64,000 bases of DNA, taken from Podarcis melisellensis (lineage: Eukaryota). Shown here piece by piece: positions 38,308-51,037 of this stretch (positions are counted from its first letter, which is position 1; each line of letters starts with the position of its first letter). The position numbers and the translations under genes were made by a program. The notes below the pieces were generated by a model. It saw only the letters and a program-made list of their open reading frames with translations. It searched no databases and had not been told where the DNA came from. The stretch is from the NCBI GenBank assembly GCA_964234715.1, contig OZ174279.1. One strand, written 5' to 3'.

Positions 38308-38386
<79 letters not shown>
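38304..38386. repeat. (CT)n(CA)n compound microsatellite
   Basis: Direct reading. Confidence 0.95.
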
Positions 38387-38599
38387 GATTTTAGTTTGCA
38401 TTTTTTTGCTGTCTTTATATTGAGCTATTCTGCCCCTTGTAAACAGGTTTTCATGTTATTTCAGAGACCCATAAAAAAAAATTGACCAGAGGTGAAATGG
38501 AACAAAGGAAATATGGAGAAGAGGCCCTTTGACAGTTTAAATAGAGGAAACTTGTTTCCTTGCTTTCAGAATTTTCATCCTTTTTCTCCCTTCATATGA

Positions 38600-38730
38600 T
38601 TCACTTACATGGCCTTGGTCTTTATTTAGTTTGAGGCCATAGACATTAATCATCCAAACTGAATCTTCCTCACCATCAGCCATTACTTCAATATCATCTG
38701 TAAAGATCAACTGAACAGCCATTATCATTT
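38600..38730 (-). mobile_element. old RTE-like LINE RT fragment (YADD region)
   Basis: LIFTDDIEVMADGEEDS..INVYGLKLNKD resembles L.(Y/F)ADD..L.A..EE.L...GLK.N..K. Confidence 0.6.
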
Positions 38731-40224
38731 GGTACTTGTAAAATCTACCACAGTTATGAAATAATAAGGGAATAAATGCTTGCCTTTGGGTGGAATCCAA
38801 CTTTTATCTAAAGCGATCTGCTACACAAGAGGGAATCTGCAATTTTGTCAAAGTCCTTCAAGTGGATTAGGTCTACCAGTAGTTTCTGATAAGGTTACTG
38901 TCAGGGACTCTGGGGCTTGAAGTGTCTAAGGCTGTGAGTTACTATGAAAAGTCTGTACTAAGAACCCACTTTGAATGCAGAAAAGACTAGGGGTGTACAA
39001 TAGTGCCCCTCCTCGAAGTGATTGGCAGGAAGTATGAACCCTCTGGATTGGACTATAATATAAACACTAGGAGCCTAATGTTCTGCCTTTGCCTGCACAC
39101 ACATCATACATTTAAAGCACATGATTTCCCCCAAAGAATCCTGGGAACTGTAGTTCACCCAGAAAGAGCTACAAATCCTAGTACCCTTAAAAATTATAGT
39201 TCCCATGATTCTTTGGGGGGAAACTGTATGCTTTAAATATATGATGTTTATGCAGCCCTAGTCTGAATGAGATAACAGTGCTTTCTGTTTGCTGCACATT
39301 AAATTCTAGCAACTAGCTCAAGACACCTCACGGACCCTGAGTTGGAGACCCCCCCCCCCACATGGTTAACAGGCCATACATAGCCAGTCATCTATTATTA
39401 TTGATGCTATTTTTTTATTATTATGTTATTAGTAAATGTAATAGCTATAGTAATGATATATAGTACATTATGTAGAGTAACTTCAGCAAATGCTAGCTCT
39501 AAGGAACTTACAATCTAAATTCAAATGGCTGGAAAGGACGATAGGATGGGGCAACTTGGCGTCCTTTTAGACAAGACTTTTAATGTGCATTCGGGGCAAT
39601 TTATGCTCTTGAAGATATTGAGATGGTCATACACGCTTCCGCTTTTAGATTTGTCCCCTCAAATCTTTCTCCATGGTCAAACGGCATCTCTTGCAATCTC
39701 TGTGTGGTCTGTAGTCCCCCCTCAACCACAGCCAAATGTTCCATTTAAAAAAAATCTCACTTTTGTTGCGCTACAGTGCTAGGGTGTCACAGCAATGTGA
39801 TGACTTTTTGGTACTGTTGCCACTCCCACATTCGTCCAGTAGATGACGTTTCAGTGGAAATGAATGAAGGCTTAGCACAGCAATGACATATTTGTGCTTT
39901 TTTTAAAAAGCGGGGTGGGGAGAGGTTGCTCTTTGCCACATTGCTGCTATCAGAGCTGCCCCGCTCTCTTTGCTGCTGGGTCAGCTGGTGTTTACAGAGC
40001 TGGCTTGCAGGTAGAAAAGAGGAGGAGTGAGGGATGTCATTGGAGCAAGGTGGCAAGCTAATAGTGAAGGCCATGTTGCATTCCCCTCCTCCCATCTTTG
40101 TTCCATCCTTTGCTCTTGGGGCTATGATTGCACCTTTGCCCGTCTGTGGGGTACATGGAGAGAGGAGGAAGAAGACTAGCAATAATGAGGAGTGGCAGCA
40201 AGAGTGGAAGGATTTTTAATCTTT

Positions 40225-40320
40225 GTTGGAAGCCGCCCAGAGTGACTGGGGAAACCCAGCCAGATGGGCGGGGTACAAATAATAAATTATTATTATTATT
40301 ATATTATTATTATTATTTTA
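40225..40320 (+). mobile_element. L2-type 3' end
   Basis: GGAAGCCGCCCAGAGTG.CTGGGGAAACCCAGCCAGATGGGCGGGGTA followed by (TTA)n, as at 54430-54531. Confidence 0.85.
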
Positions 40321-41135
40321 AAAAATCATTACAGTTTTTAAAGTGGAGTGTGCGGTCCAATTCCTGACTGCATTTCCTGCCCCATCCCTAAAGTGAGGAT
40401 CCCTCCGCAGCCTCCACTTGGTTTATTCCACCTGGAATAACAGCTATTTTCCTTGATAGAAGGGGGAAGTAAGGAGACAGTTATGGGCAGTTCAGGAAAG
40501 CAAAATGCATAGGTGCTACGGCTGCTGTTTAACATCTGTTAAGCCTCCGTGATGTGCTAAGCACCATTAGGTAACTAAATTTTGCCCATGAAATTAGGGG
40601 TTCAGCTGCAGACTGTAGAAAACCCCCAATTACAGAATCAATGATAGAATAACACTCCAGGATCATGGCTGGGCCAGCTATCTTCATGAATACATTCATG
40701 GCATTTCTGGTTGGGATTACAGCAAGCTGGTAGTAGCAGTGGGCTTAGGAGGACAGTGGCTTTAATGTAACCACCACAGAGCACACCAAAGATGTTCTTC
40801 TGACTTTTCACCCTGGCTAAGCTGTACACTATGATTCAATTAGATCTCTTACATTGTTCACTGACTTTTGGTAAATTACACCTTTGATTTCTGGTCCAAT
40901 GAAAAGGTGCTAATTACCTTTTTAAGTGCTCGTTTAATGTTCTGCAGTGACATAAAGCATTAGTGCAGCAGACTTGCGTGCAGGAACCTTCCAGAGTGTT
41001 CTCCCCCACTGCTTTGTTTAATCAGCCTTTTCCCATTTCTGCTTTCCTTTTCTCCACCCCTTCAAGGCCCCTACGCGGCTAGCTCTTCTGCAGATGAATA
41101 AATCTACTATATTGTTTGCTGAAATTGGCTGTCTT

Positions 41136-41468
41136 TTAGCGTAATGAAAACAGAAACAGATCAGGGTAGCCTGGAAGATTCTCTCCCATTGTCACATTCG
41201 GTATTTTACTTCCTGCATTCCCAATTGCCAGTATTTCTGCATCCACCAACTCCACACAAACAGAGTATTCTTCAGCAAATCTTGCTGAAGTCACAACTTG
41301 CAGAGTCTGGATAACATCCACTAGATGATAATGTAGGTTGCATTGTGTTTCCCCTGCTATATTACTCACAGGCATGTCAATAGAATTTGGAAGGCTGCAT
41401 TTTTCAAAGCTACTAGATAAATAGGCACTCCTAAACTTATTTCCTTTTAAATATCCCGTTTCAACCAA
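41136..41468 (-). mobile_element. old RTE-like LINE RT fragment (domains 3-4)
   Basis: FEK..NSID..V...LVDVIQTL..TSAR...MGENL..PDLF resembles DFEKAFDSIDR...LV..IQ.LY..T.A....QG..LSPDLF. Confidence 0.55.
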
Positions 41469-42076
41469 CAGGATTTGCTGCCAAGGAAATATGCTTAGAA
41501 TGGTGCTGGGGCACTTCTATGTAGATTACTTTGTAAAGTGTCTGATTAAGACTGGTCCAGATTTTCTAGCAGGATCTGCAAGTATGGTACAGTGATGTTA
41601 TGTGCCTTACCAGATAAATCCTTGTTGCAGGAAATACTTATCCTGCGGCCTCATCTGCAAACATATATTTTATTAGCTGGCAGATCTTCCTGCAAAGAAT
41701 CCTGGGCCTTGTAGTTTGGCAAGGAAATGGGAATTCTGTTAGTAATCTCTAGCTCCCTGTCACACAAATTTGCTACTAACCTCAGCATTACGTATGAAGA
41801 ATGACCATTGTACTAGCTTATGTTTGTAGTATCAACATGCCTAGAGGTACTTTGTGTTGGCACTCCTATTTGTTGGAGAAGCTTACATCTGGAATTACAC
41901 TGGGGCTACATGTAACATTGACCTCATCAGAGAGTTTAAAGCCATGCCACCTTTTTTGTAGGTGTACACAGCACAACAATTGTAGGTGCAATTGTTCAGG
42001 AGTGTCTAACCCCTGAGCAAGGAAAGGATTCTTACTAAGGCTGTGTACACTGAATTACTGGCTTAAAACACAGCTA

Positions 42077-42431
42077 AAGGTAAAGGTACCCCTGCCTGTA
42101 CGGGCCAGTCTTGACAGACTCTAGGGTTGTGCGCTCATCTCACTCTAGAGGCCGGGAGCCAGTGCTGTCCACAGACACTTCCGGGTCACGTGGCCAGCGT
42201 CACAAGCTGCATCTGGTGAGCCAGCACAGCACACGGAATGCCGTTTACCCTCCCGCTGGTAAGCGGTCCCTATTTATCTACTTGCACCCGGAGGTGCTTT
42301 CGAACTGCTAGGTTGGCAGGCGCTGGGACCGAACGACGGGAGCGCACCCTGCCATGGGGATTCGAACCGCCGACCATGCGATCGGCAAGTCCTAGGCACT
42401 GAGGTTTTACCCACAGCGCCACCCGCGTCCC
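42077..42431 (-). mobile_element. Sauria SINE (second subfamily)
   Basis: Full head and tail. 12-bp TSD AAAACACAGCTA at 42065-42076 and 42434-42445. Confidence 0.95.
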
Positions 42432-43435
42432 ACAAAACACAGCTAGGTGGCTCTTTTACTCAATTTGGATCAAAGCACTGGTGGGGGGGAATGCATCAAT
42501 ATGCAGTATTTCACAAAAAACAACAGGACAAATATTGATTGTGGCTAATGGCACGTGTAGGCCACTTCCGAAACCAGCAATGGGAGTGCACTGGATGAGG
42601 AGCAAATGGGTCTGCATGCAAAGCCTAACTACCACTCTGCCTCCACCACATCCTGAATTCTCTCCCGTTTCACCCTTGAGCTGGTGGAGCCCCAGCGGTA
42701 TTGTTAGGTTGCTGTATCTCACCTCCGCTCACTACAGGTGTACGTTGAGGACAGAATCACTGTGTTACCAACTGACAACATTTGATAAATGACATGCAAT
42801 TGTGTTTTGGCAGCTGACAGTTTACAAGATTTCAAAGTTGACGCTTGCCAAAATCAAAGCCTTCAAGAGGTTCCAGTGGAAAGCTTTTGAATTTCAGGCT
42901 GTCAGGCAAAATGTCACATGCAAAGCCTGGCCACCTTCCAAATTTTGCCATTCCCATTTTAAGTAAATTTTCATTATTTTGGAATACTCATTTCAGATTC
43001 AGTATCGTGCACTAATGGCATTTTCTCCTTTTTTGCAAATGTCTGACGGCCAGTTTCCCAAAAGCAGTGATCTGACAAAAGATGAGGTGAGAGAACAGAA
43101 GCCAGAATCCTGTTGGAATCATGGTGGTACATAAAGCAGCCTGTAGAAACTCCAGGGCTCCCTTCACTCCACAGACATTCACAGCACATGACATGGATGT
43201 AGTTTAAACACTGGTTTTTTTAATGCTTTTAAGCACAATAGCCACTTTTATTCAGTTCTATGCCATTTAGGACCTGTCTGTTTAAGAAATCATCTTCCTC
43301 CATACAAATCTCACAGGCCTTCCACAGGTCTGCCTTCCAACAGGGCAAAATTTCAGATAGCTGCAACACACTCCCTCCCCCCCCCCAAAAAAAAAATTAA
43401 AATTGGAGCTGTACTTCACTCTTCCTGCACCTAAG

Positions 43436-43542
43436 CCAGCATTCCCAAATCTGGTGCCCTCCAGATGTTTTGGACTACAACTCCCATCAGCCCCAGTAAA
43501 CACATGCTGGCTAACTGGAGAACAGCAGGTTGGCAAAGGCTG
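43436..43542. mobile_element. URR1-like hAT MITE
   Basis: CTGGTGCCCTCCAGATGTTTTGGACTACAACTCCCATCAGCCCCAG ... CAGGTTGGCAAAGGCTG. Confidence 0.8.
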
Positions 43543-46056
43543 CCCTAAAGTGTTCTTTTAATATGCAAGAGCAAGAATTAACTGCCTGTGGAGGGAGTTG
43601 CTCTGGTGCTCCTGTATGAGAATTACCGGTAGTTTCTGGTTCCATATCCTGGCTTTTAAGTGTGAAGAGCCTTGGGAATAATAGTACCTTTTCCTTTAAA
43701 ATCTTCTACTTTTAACTTAATGACTTCCTCTCTTGTCACATACAAAGCATTCCAGGGTGGAGTTTCCCTCACTAGCCTGATCTGTCAACAGAAGAGGATA
43801 ATCTTTTCCATTCACACCTCTTAATTCTACTTACCTGGGCTGCTGGAAGTAACTAATTGTTCAGTTCTTCTATGTAGGTGATGAAACTCATGTGACTGGA
43901 GTGTAATGAAAGATCCCCCTGGTGATACTGGTCACTTTTGCCTGGTTGATTCTCAACCCTGTCTCTTCACTCGCAGGGCATAAACATGGGGCAGAGTAAG
44001 GAGGCAGTTCAGGAATCAGTAGTAGGCCCTGTACTGTGTTTTTATTCATCCGGGGTGTGTGTGTTATGGGGTGGACAGGCAGGGGGACAAGTGGTATAAC
44101 AATGAAATAAATAGCATTTTGACTCGCACTGTTAAAGCTGAGCATATGTTCCATTTAGTAACTTGGGAAGGGACCATTCTTCTGCCAACAGTTCTGTGAA
44201 GAAAGGCATCTATAAATCTATGACCGGACAAGAGTTCAGTAGAGCTTGTGTATCTACACATATGCATGCTGATGTTCTTTCCATTAGATTTCTTTTTAAA
44301 ATTTACTCCAGCTTATTTTATTATTGCTTCTAAAGAAGATTACATTTGTCCTAGTTTGAACTTGGAATAAAATTTTACTTTAATTTTTAACTGAGCCACA
44401 GCCCTCTGCTTTTTTTTTTTTAAAAAAAGAACTGTCAGATTGTTACACAAGAACTGGAATGGCTCCCTTCAAACTTCCTTCGCTTTCATGCCTCCCTTTC
44501 CTTTCCATAAATTTCCACTGTGACTTGACACAAGGTTTATTCTGCTGGTGAAGCGGGGGGAATTCCACTGAACTGCGGTGGAATCTTTGAAATATTTTGG
44601 TCTTTGGGGCACTTTTTTTCTGGATAAAAATTGGAAGCACACACTACACTACCCCATACTTAAAAAATAAAATAAAGTACACACATATTGTCTTGATTAG
44701 CTCTCAAAACTATAGGCAGGATACATCCTTCTTGCAACTGTCCAGATAGCACTGCCTGCTGGTGTTTCACTGTCCTTTTGTCCTGCCGCAGCTCAGGGAT
44801 ATTAATTTGCTTTCTGAGCAATGGTGAGGCTTCAGGGACACTTCTGTGCCTGTCAGCTGAAGTATTGGCTGCATCAAGGAATCCTGTGTGTCCTTACTAT
44901 ATTTCTCAGGATGATGTCAATGCTCATATGCTGGCAGAGAAAGAGTAATCAATATGGTATTGGGCTTCCTTGCATCAGCAGTTAAGAGTAGTTGTGCACC
45001 CAGCATAGTGGCTTCCGATGCAATCCTATACGTATCCACACAGAAATAAATCCCACTGAGTTCCATGGGACTTACTCCTAGGTAGGTGTGTATAACATTG
45101 TGGCCTTCATTTTTCAAGGCAGCCTAGTTCCCCTCTCTTGGTACACTAGTATGTCCTAGCACATAGTTTGGGAATCAATGCTTTAAAACACAAGGGGGAA
45201 GAAAGAGGGAACCATGAATTATATAATTGTAGAGTTGGAAGGGACCCGGAGGGTGCTCTCATTCAGCCCCCTGCAATGAAGAATATTTTAAATTATGATG
45301 TATTTTAAATTATGATGTAGCTAAGTTAGTTGAATGTTAGTCCCATTGAAATCAACAGAACTTAGTCATTTCTGTGAGAACTAATTTCAACTAACTTAGC
45401 CTGGATCTATCCTAAAGTACTTGGGTCATTTCATTTCCCTCTTTCTTTCCCACTTCCTTTCTTTACTATCCCTCTTCTTGACTTCAGGTGAGTGGGAGGA
45501 AAAGCTGTTTGGCTGTTTGTTTGTGTGTGTGTGAGAGAGAGGTGTAAAACAGAGAAGCATCTTAAGGAAGTGTTAGGGCATGATTGAGGAACTTGCTGCC
45601 CTCCAGATACTGGTGGACTACCAACTCTCAGCATCGCTGACCATTGGCCATGCTTGGTCAATGAGAAAAGATCATCAGATCATCAGTCATCAGTCAAGTA
45701 CAGATATAAAGTTAGTGACTTATCTTAAGAGTACTGATTTATGCAGAATGACCTGCTTTTTAATTCTGTACTGGCTAGTTTCACGAGCTAGAGAGAAGAC
45801 ACCAGGGAGGTGACAAAGGGCCAGGGGGAAGTGCCATAGCTCAGTGACTTAGCATCTGCCTTATATTTAGAAAGTCCCAGGTTCAGTTCCTGGTGTCTCC
45901 AGGTATGGTGAGGAAAAATGCTTGTCTGAAATTCTGGACAGCAGCTGCCACCTAGAGTAAACAATATTGAGCTAGATGGAATGATGGTCTGACTCAAAGT
46001 ATAAAACAAAAAAATTCCTTCCAGTAGCACCTTAAAGACCAACTAAGTTAGTTCTT

Positions 46057-46096
46057 GGTGTGAGCTTTCGTGTGCATGCACACTTCTTCAGATACC
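46057..46096 (-). ncRNA. minimal hammerhead ribozyme motif, inverted copy
   Basis: Reverse complement GGUAUCUGAAGAAGUGUGCAUGCACACGAAAGCUC|ACACC has the identical core, with one A-C mismatch in stem I. Confidence 0.75.
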
Positions 46097-46106
46097 TTCA
46101 GATACA

Positions 46107-46146
46107 GGTATCTGAAGAAGTGTGCATGCACACGAAAGCTCATACC
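46107..46146 (+). ncRNA. minimal type I hammerhead ribozyme motif
   Basis: GGUAU-CUGAAGA-A-GUGUG(CAUG)CACAC-GAAA-GC-UC|AUACC gives stem I GGUAU/AUACC, core CUGANGA and GAAA, and a palindromic AGCU in place of stem III. Confidence 0.8.
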
Positions 46147-46619
46147 AAGAACTAACTTAGTTGGTCTTTAAGGTGCTACTGGAAGGAATTTTTTTGTTTT
46201 GACTATGGCAGACCAACACGGCTACCTATCTGTAACTGACTCAAAGTATGACAGTTTCTTATGCCCCTGTGTCAAGCCTGTTAAGAAGGGATCTTGAATG
46301 GCTCTGATAGACCTGGAGGAAATTGCCCCTGAACAGAACAGAACCAGCAGCCTTTCAAAAACTGTTGGGACTCTACATGCTCCTTCTGTTATAGTACTTG
46401 GATCACTTTTGAACCAGCTTCTTCAATACCATAATTTGGCCATCAAGGATGAGGACATTCTAGCTTAGCAGAAACCAAGCCAAGCATTCTCTTGACTTGC
46501 AAGCTGCCATGGTAGTGACAGGAGGAGGAGGTGAAGGTAGTTATGATTAGATGGGCTCAGGACATTGGACATACCATCTTGATGAGTGAGTGGGAAACAC
46601 TCTGGAAAATAAACATGAA

Positions 46620-47830
46620 CTTTGCAGCATGCTACCATTAAAGAAAACATGTTAAAGATGCAATATAGTTGGTATCAAAACTTTCAAATATATATAAAAA
46701 CATAGCAAACAACTGTTGGCTGTGCAGGGAAGGTGAAGGAGATACGTATCACATGTGGTGGACATGCAGAAAGATTAGAAAGTTTTGGAATCTCATTTAT
46801 GATGAGCTGAAAAAGATCTTTAAGTTACCGGTAACCTTCTTAAAAAAGCCAGAAGCCTTTCTGCTTGGAATTTCAGGTAAAGACATTCCAAAAATCTAAG
46901 AGAAAATTGTCTATATGCAACGGCTGCAGCCCGAATACTGATCGCAATGAATTGGAAAGGGGGGGAAGTTCCAACCTTATCAGATTGGCAGTGCAAATTA
47001 CTGGAATATGCGGAAATGGCGCAATTGACTAACAGGCTAAGAGGTAATACAAGACAATCATTTATTAAAAATTGGGATATGTATAAGAGATATCTACAGA
47101 ATAACAGCGGTACAATATCTGTGGCAGCATTTGAATGACCCTTGTCTAAACGAACTGTTAAGAAACAAGAAAAAAGGTACGAATTGTTGTAAGAAAGTAT
47201 TAGAAATTAAAGAAAGAGTAAGGTAATAATAAGGTAGAGGGACGCAGGTGGCGCTGTGGGTTAAAGCCTCAGCGCCTAGGACTTGCCGATCGAAAGGTCG
47301 GCGGTTCGAATCCCTGCGGCGGGGTGCGCTCCCGCTGCTCGGTCCCAGCGCCTGCCAACCTAGCAGTTCGAAAGCACCTCCGGGTGCAAGTAGATAAATA
47401 GGGACCGCTTACCAGCGGGAAGGTAAACGGCGTTTCCGTGTGCGGCTCTGGCTCGCCAGAGCAGCGATGTCACGCTGGCCACGTGACCCGGAAGTGTCTC
47501 CGGACAGCGCTGGCCCCGGCCTCTTAAGTGAGATGGGCGCACAACCCCAGAGTCTGTCAAGACTGGCCCGTACGGGCAGGGGTACCTTTACCTTTACCTT
47601 TACCTAAGGTAATAATCATAAGTACAGTACATTCATCACCAGAAAGGTTATATGCATCGGGAAATGATAAGAAGTCTATTCTATGTTAGCAAAAAGATAG
47701 GAAAAAAGAGATTGCATAAATTTAATTTAAATTTAATTTTTGTAAACATATATGAGATTATTAGTACATGATTGTTTCCATCTTGGTATATTGTGTATAT
47801 TAACTACGAATTTCAATAAAGTATTTAAAC
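46620..47830 (+). mobile_element. L1 LINE 3' fragment (ORF2 zinc-knuckle C-terminus plus 3' UTR)
   Basis: CWLC....GD.YHMWWTC..IRKFW, KKPEAFLLG and WQCKLLEYAEM. A stop and frameshift separate ORFs 46669-46899 and 46947-47138. AATAAA at ~47815. Confidence 0.92.
47239..47604 (+). mobile_element. Sauria SINE (second subfamily) inserted in L1 3' UTR
   Basis: GGGACGCAGGTGGCGCTGTGG head, B box GGTTCGAATCC and (ACCTTT)n tail. TSD TAAGGTAATAAT at 47219-47230 and 47605-47616. Confidence 0.96.
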
Positions 47831-48829
47831 TGGGGGGGGGGGGAGGAGAGACGTCTGGGCTTGGCAGCCAGTCTCCAAGTCAACACCTCCAGCCTTACAG
47901 GCCCCAAGGAGATGTACTTTGCCATGGAGAGCTTATGCTGATTTACGGACCATCCCTGCTTGCCTGGGTGCCTCTCTGCTTCTTTATGCTCAGCATGTCT
48001 CTTTATAAATAAACAGTTATCGTAAAAACAGCACACGTCTCCAGTGCTCTCTCCTCACAAGGAACCTAAATTCTGTGTAGCACTGCTTCTGAAACTTCTC
48101 ACTGCTTGGGGAAGGAGGGATTGTGTAACACCATTATTGCAAGAGACAATGTGGCCTGTTAGATTTCATTCAATTATTAGTTGAAAGGGGAAGCCTTTTC
48201 TTAGTTTAGGGTGTGCATTTGCCACAGAAAAGAAGAGATGAATGCTGTTTAGACCCTGCAGGAACCAGCAAATATTCCTTTTAATAGCCTATATGAGGCC
48301 CCACAAGTGGAGCTTCCTTTTGCCTATATTTAGAAATTGCCAGTGCACAGAAAGAGCATAAATGCTTGTCCATTGTCTGTTTCGTTAACATAGTTATTTG
48401 GATGGATGCTGGATCCATCTGTTGTGCTGCCCGCTGTCTTACTGTTTAAAAGGCTGATACACCACACATGGCTCATAGGAAAGGAGCCCTGAGAGCCGAC
48501 AAGGCTTCAGTGCTTACGTCCCATTCGATTATCTTCATATGAATTAAACCATTTCCAGAAGGGAATGCATTTTGCTTTATTTATTTATAGTTTGATTCTG
48601 TGCAACAATGAAATCTGTAGCTTGTTGGAGCAAGGGAAGAATAAATTCCACCAGCAAGATCTCCGCCACTCATTTTACATGCAGGACAAATTGATTTTGA
48701 GGATGTTGATGCTTGTCAGTGTTACTGTTTTAGATTTGTGGCTATGTGTCCTGCTTTCGAATGCCATCTATCTGTGACTTCTATTGTGTGTTTTCAAAGG
48801 TGTCTAGTACAGTAGAGAAAATGAGCTGC

Positions 48830-48990
48830 TATGAAAATAAGAATGCTCTGTGAACTCCTGGTTCAAATCTTGCTTCATCCCTAATTCACTGGGAAGCCTC
48901 AGACGAACCGCCATCTCAGCCTTAGAGATAATAAAACTAGTCTATTTTACAGGGCTGTTGTAAGGATTATTGAGGGCTTGTGAAGTGATT
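48830..48990 (+). mobile_element. MIR-related SINE remnant
   Basis: CCTGGTTCAAATC ... TCTCAGCCT ... TTTACAGGGCTGTTGTAAGGATTA. Confidence 0.55.
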
Positions 48991-49370
48991 TGTGTGTGAT
49001 TTGGTCCCTGTGAGTGATGTGTGTGTGAGGGGGGGAGAGCGGGAATTACCACAGGGACCCTCCTTGCTTTCTGTCACCAGCAGTCATAACCCAGATAAAA
49101 TAGATTATTAGCCTGGTGAGCTTCCCTTGTGAGGAAGTTGCACAGAATGAGTGCTGCTACAGAGATGACTACTCAGAGCTGCCAGCCTAAATTTAGGTGG
49201 TCAAGCAGGGCTTTCTACAATGATTTATGGATTGCAGGGGCACTTTATGGGTCAAGAGATTCCTTCTAGCACCCTGGCGGTGGTCCATTTAGGGCTTTAA
49301 ATTTAAGAACCAGCACCTTAAATTGTTTTTGGAAGCAAACTGATAAGCAGTGTCGATTTTATATAGGGTT

Positions 49371-49729
49371 AAAGGTAAAGGTAAAGGTAAAGGGACCCCT
49401 GACTGTTAGGTCCAGTCGCAGATGACTCTGGAGTTGCGGTGCTCATCTCGCTTTACTGGCCAAGGGAGCTGGTGTACAGCTTCCGGGTCGCGTGGCCAGC
49501 ATGACTAAGCTGCTTTTGGTGAACCAGAGTAGTGCACGGAAATGCCGTTTACCTTCCCGCCAGAGCGGTACCTATTTATCTACTTGCACTTTGACCTGCT
49601 TTTGAACTGCTAGGTTGGCAGGAGTAGGGACTGAGCAACAGGAGCTCACCCCGTCATGGGGATTTGAACCACTGACCTTCTGATCGGCAAGCCCTAGGCT
49701 CTGTGGTTTAGACCACAGCGCCACCTGCA
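49371..49729 (-). mobile_element. Sauria SINE
   Basis: (AAAGGT)3 followed by a body closely similar to 1162-1507. Confidence 0.94.
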
Positions 49730-51000
49730 CTATGGGCTAATATATTCCAAACATGTTCCAGATCATATAGACAAGACAATGCACACAAGACCTGCTCTGA
49801 CAGTTTACCAAGCATAAGTAAGTCAGGGTCAGAACCTCCTTCCATTAACCTCCCCCCTCCATGCATTCAGTAAACACAGATGGTCTTATGCACAGGGTTA
49901 TTCTTGGTCTACCTTGTTCCAGGATGCTGCCTTCAAGCAGCTCATCAAGCTTTGTCCAGACCTTCAACAGATGTAAAACCTCTATAGCACCACTGACTCT
50001 CAGGAGCTGTGCCAATTTGCAAGAGCTATAAGCTAGGGTTTGACCCAGGATCAGAGAGCAAACGTGCCTGGCCTGCTGGTTTCAATGATCCTCAAACTGA
50101 AGCCACTCCTAAAAATCAATTAGACAGCACTTTGTTTCTTATCGCAGTAGCAGCAACCACAGCACTCTCCTGGAAATGGGAAGAAAGGGCAGAGGGAAAT
50201 AACCACAGAACAAAAAGACGGAAAAAAATATATAATCTGGGATAATCAGTGGACTTTCTGGGATCCCAACCGCAAATCCTCTGACAAAATACAAGGAGAC
50301 AGAAGGGACTTGGTTTCAGATGGAAAGTCAGCTAAATAGGTGAATGAGTCCCCTTTAAACTGTCATCATTAATTTGAGCCAAACTTAATTTTAAAAAGCT
50401 AAACCAAAACAGCTGGATCTAGGAAGTGATGCTGACCTCTGCACTGGCTGTTTTCCTGTTCTCCACTCAGTTGATCATCAGCTTCCACTTAAAGCAGACT
50501 AGAGAAGCCGACACGCTTGCTAGAATCTGTTATTTTCTGAATATTATTTTTTGACATTATCAGCTTGAAGCTAACTCCATTTCCTGAAAAGGAAGCTCTC
50601 TTGAAGTATCCTCTTTATTGGTTCAGCTGAAATATTAAGGTGCCAATCCAAGAAGCATTATGCCAAAACCAATGGGATGCCATTTCACCAAATGGCTGGA
50701 ATGAATATGGAAATGTAGTCATAGTTGGAGAAGAAGCAGTACCTTTATGACATCAGCCACCCTTCGCCCAATCCCCGCTCTTTTCTCAGATATCTTTTCC
50801 AGGCATGCAATTTGGCTCTGAGTTGAGGGTGGAGATCCATTAAGGTGGAAACCACCATCTACACAATGTAACACTTACACTGTGGGTTGTTTACATTTAG
50901 CAGAACATATTTTGTAAAGCTGGGCCTGGTTGCAAGGAAGATGCAGAACACAAAACTGCTAGGCAGGAGACATACAGGCATCTGCTAAAAACTTGCCAAT

Positions 51001-51036
<36 letters not shown>
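51001..51036. repeat. (AAC)n microsatellite
   Basis: Direct reading. Confidence 0.95.

Positions 51037-51037
<1 letters not shown>

Larger units (their letters stand above)
46003..46235. mobile_element. young Penelope-like element terminus with inverted duplication
   Basis: 95-bp arms at 46003-46097 and 46106-46200 with one mismatch, an 8-nt spacer and a unique tail to 46235. 14-bp direct repeat CTGACTCAAAGTAT at 45989-46002 and 46236-46249. Confidence 0.88.
45825..46268 (+). mobile_element. tRNA-Ala-derived SINE hosting the Penelope insertion
   Basis: CATAGCTCAGTG..AGCATCTG..GTCCCAGGTTCAGTTCCTGG..TCTCCAGGTA...GAGCTAGATGG..GGTCTGACTC. It continues after 46236. Confidence 0.8.

Noticed and set aside
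46003-46200. miRNA precursor or assembly artefact
   Set aside because: The near-perfect 95-bp stem is longer than a pre-miRNA. The flanking 14-bp duplication, one arm mismatch and diverged homologs at 2801 and 20891 favour a real retroelement insertion.
49915-50110. Exon-like peptides (plus: DAAFKQLIKLCPDLQQM*; minus: EWLQFEDH*...LLEGSILEQ)
   Set aside because: Splice-like signals exist, but there is no recognisable homology, the minus frame has a stop, and no partner exons were found.
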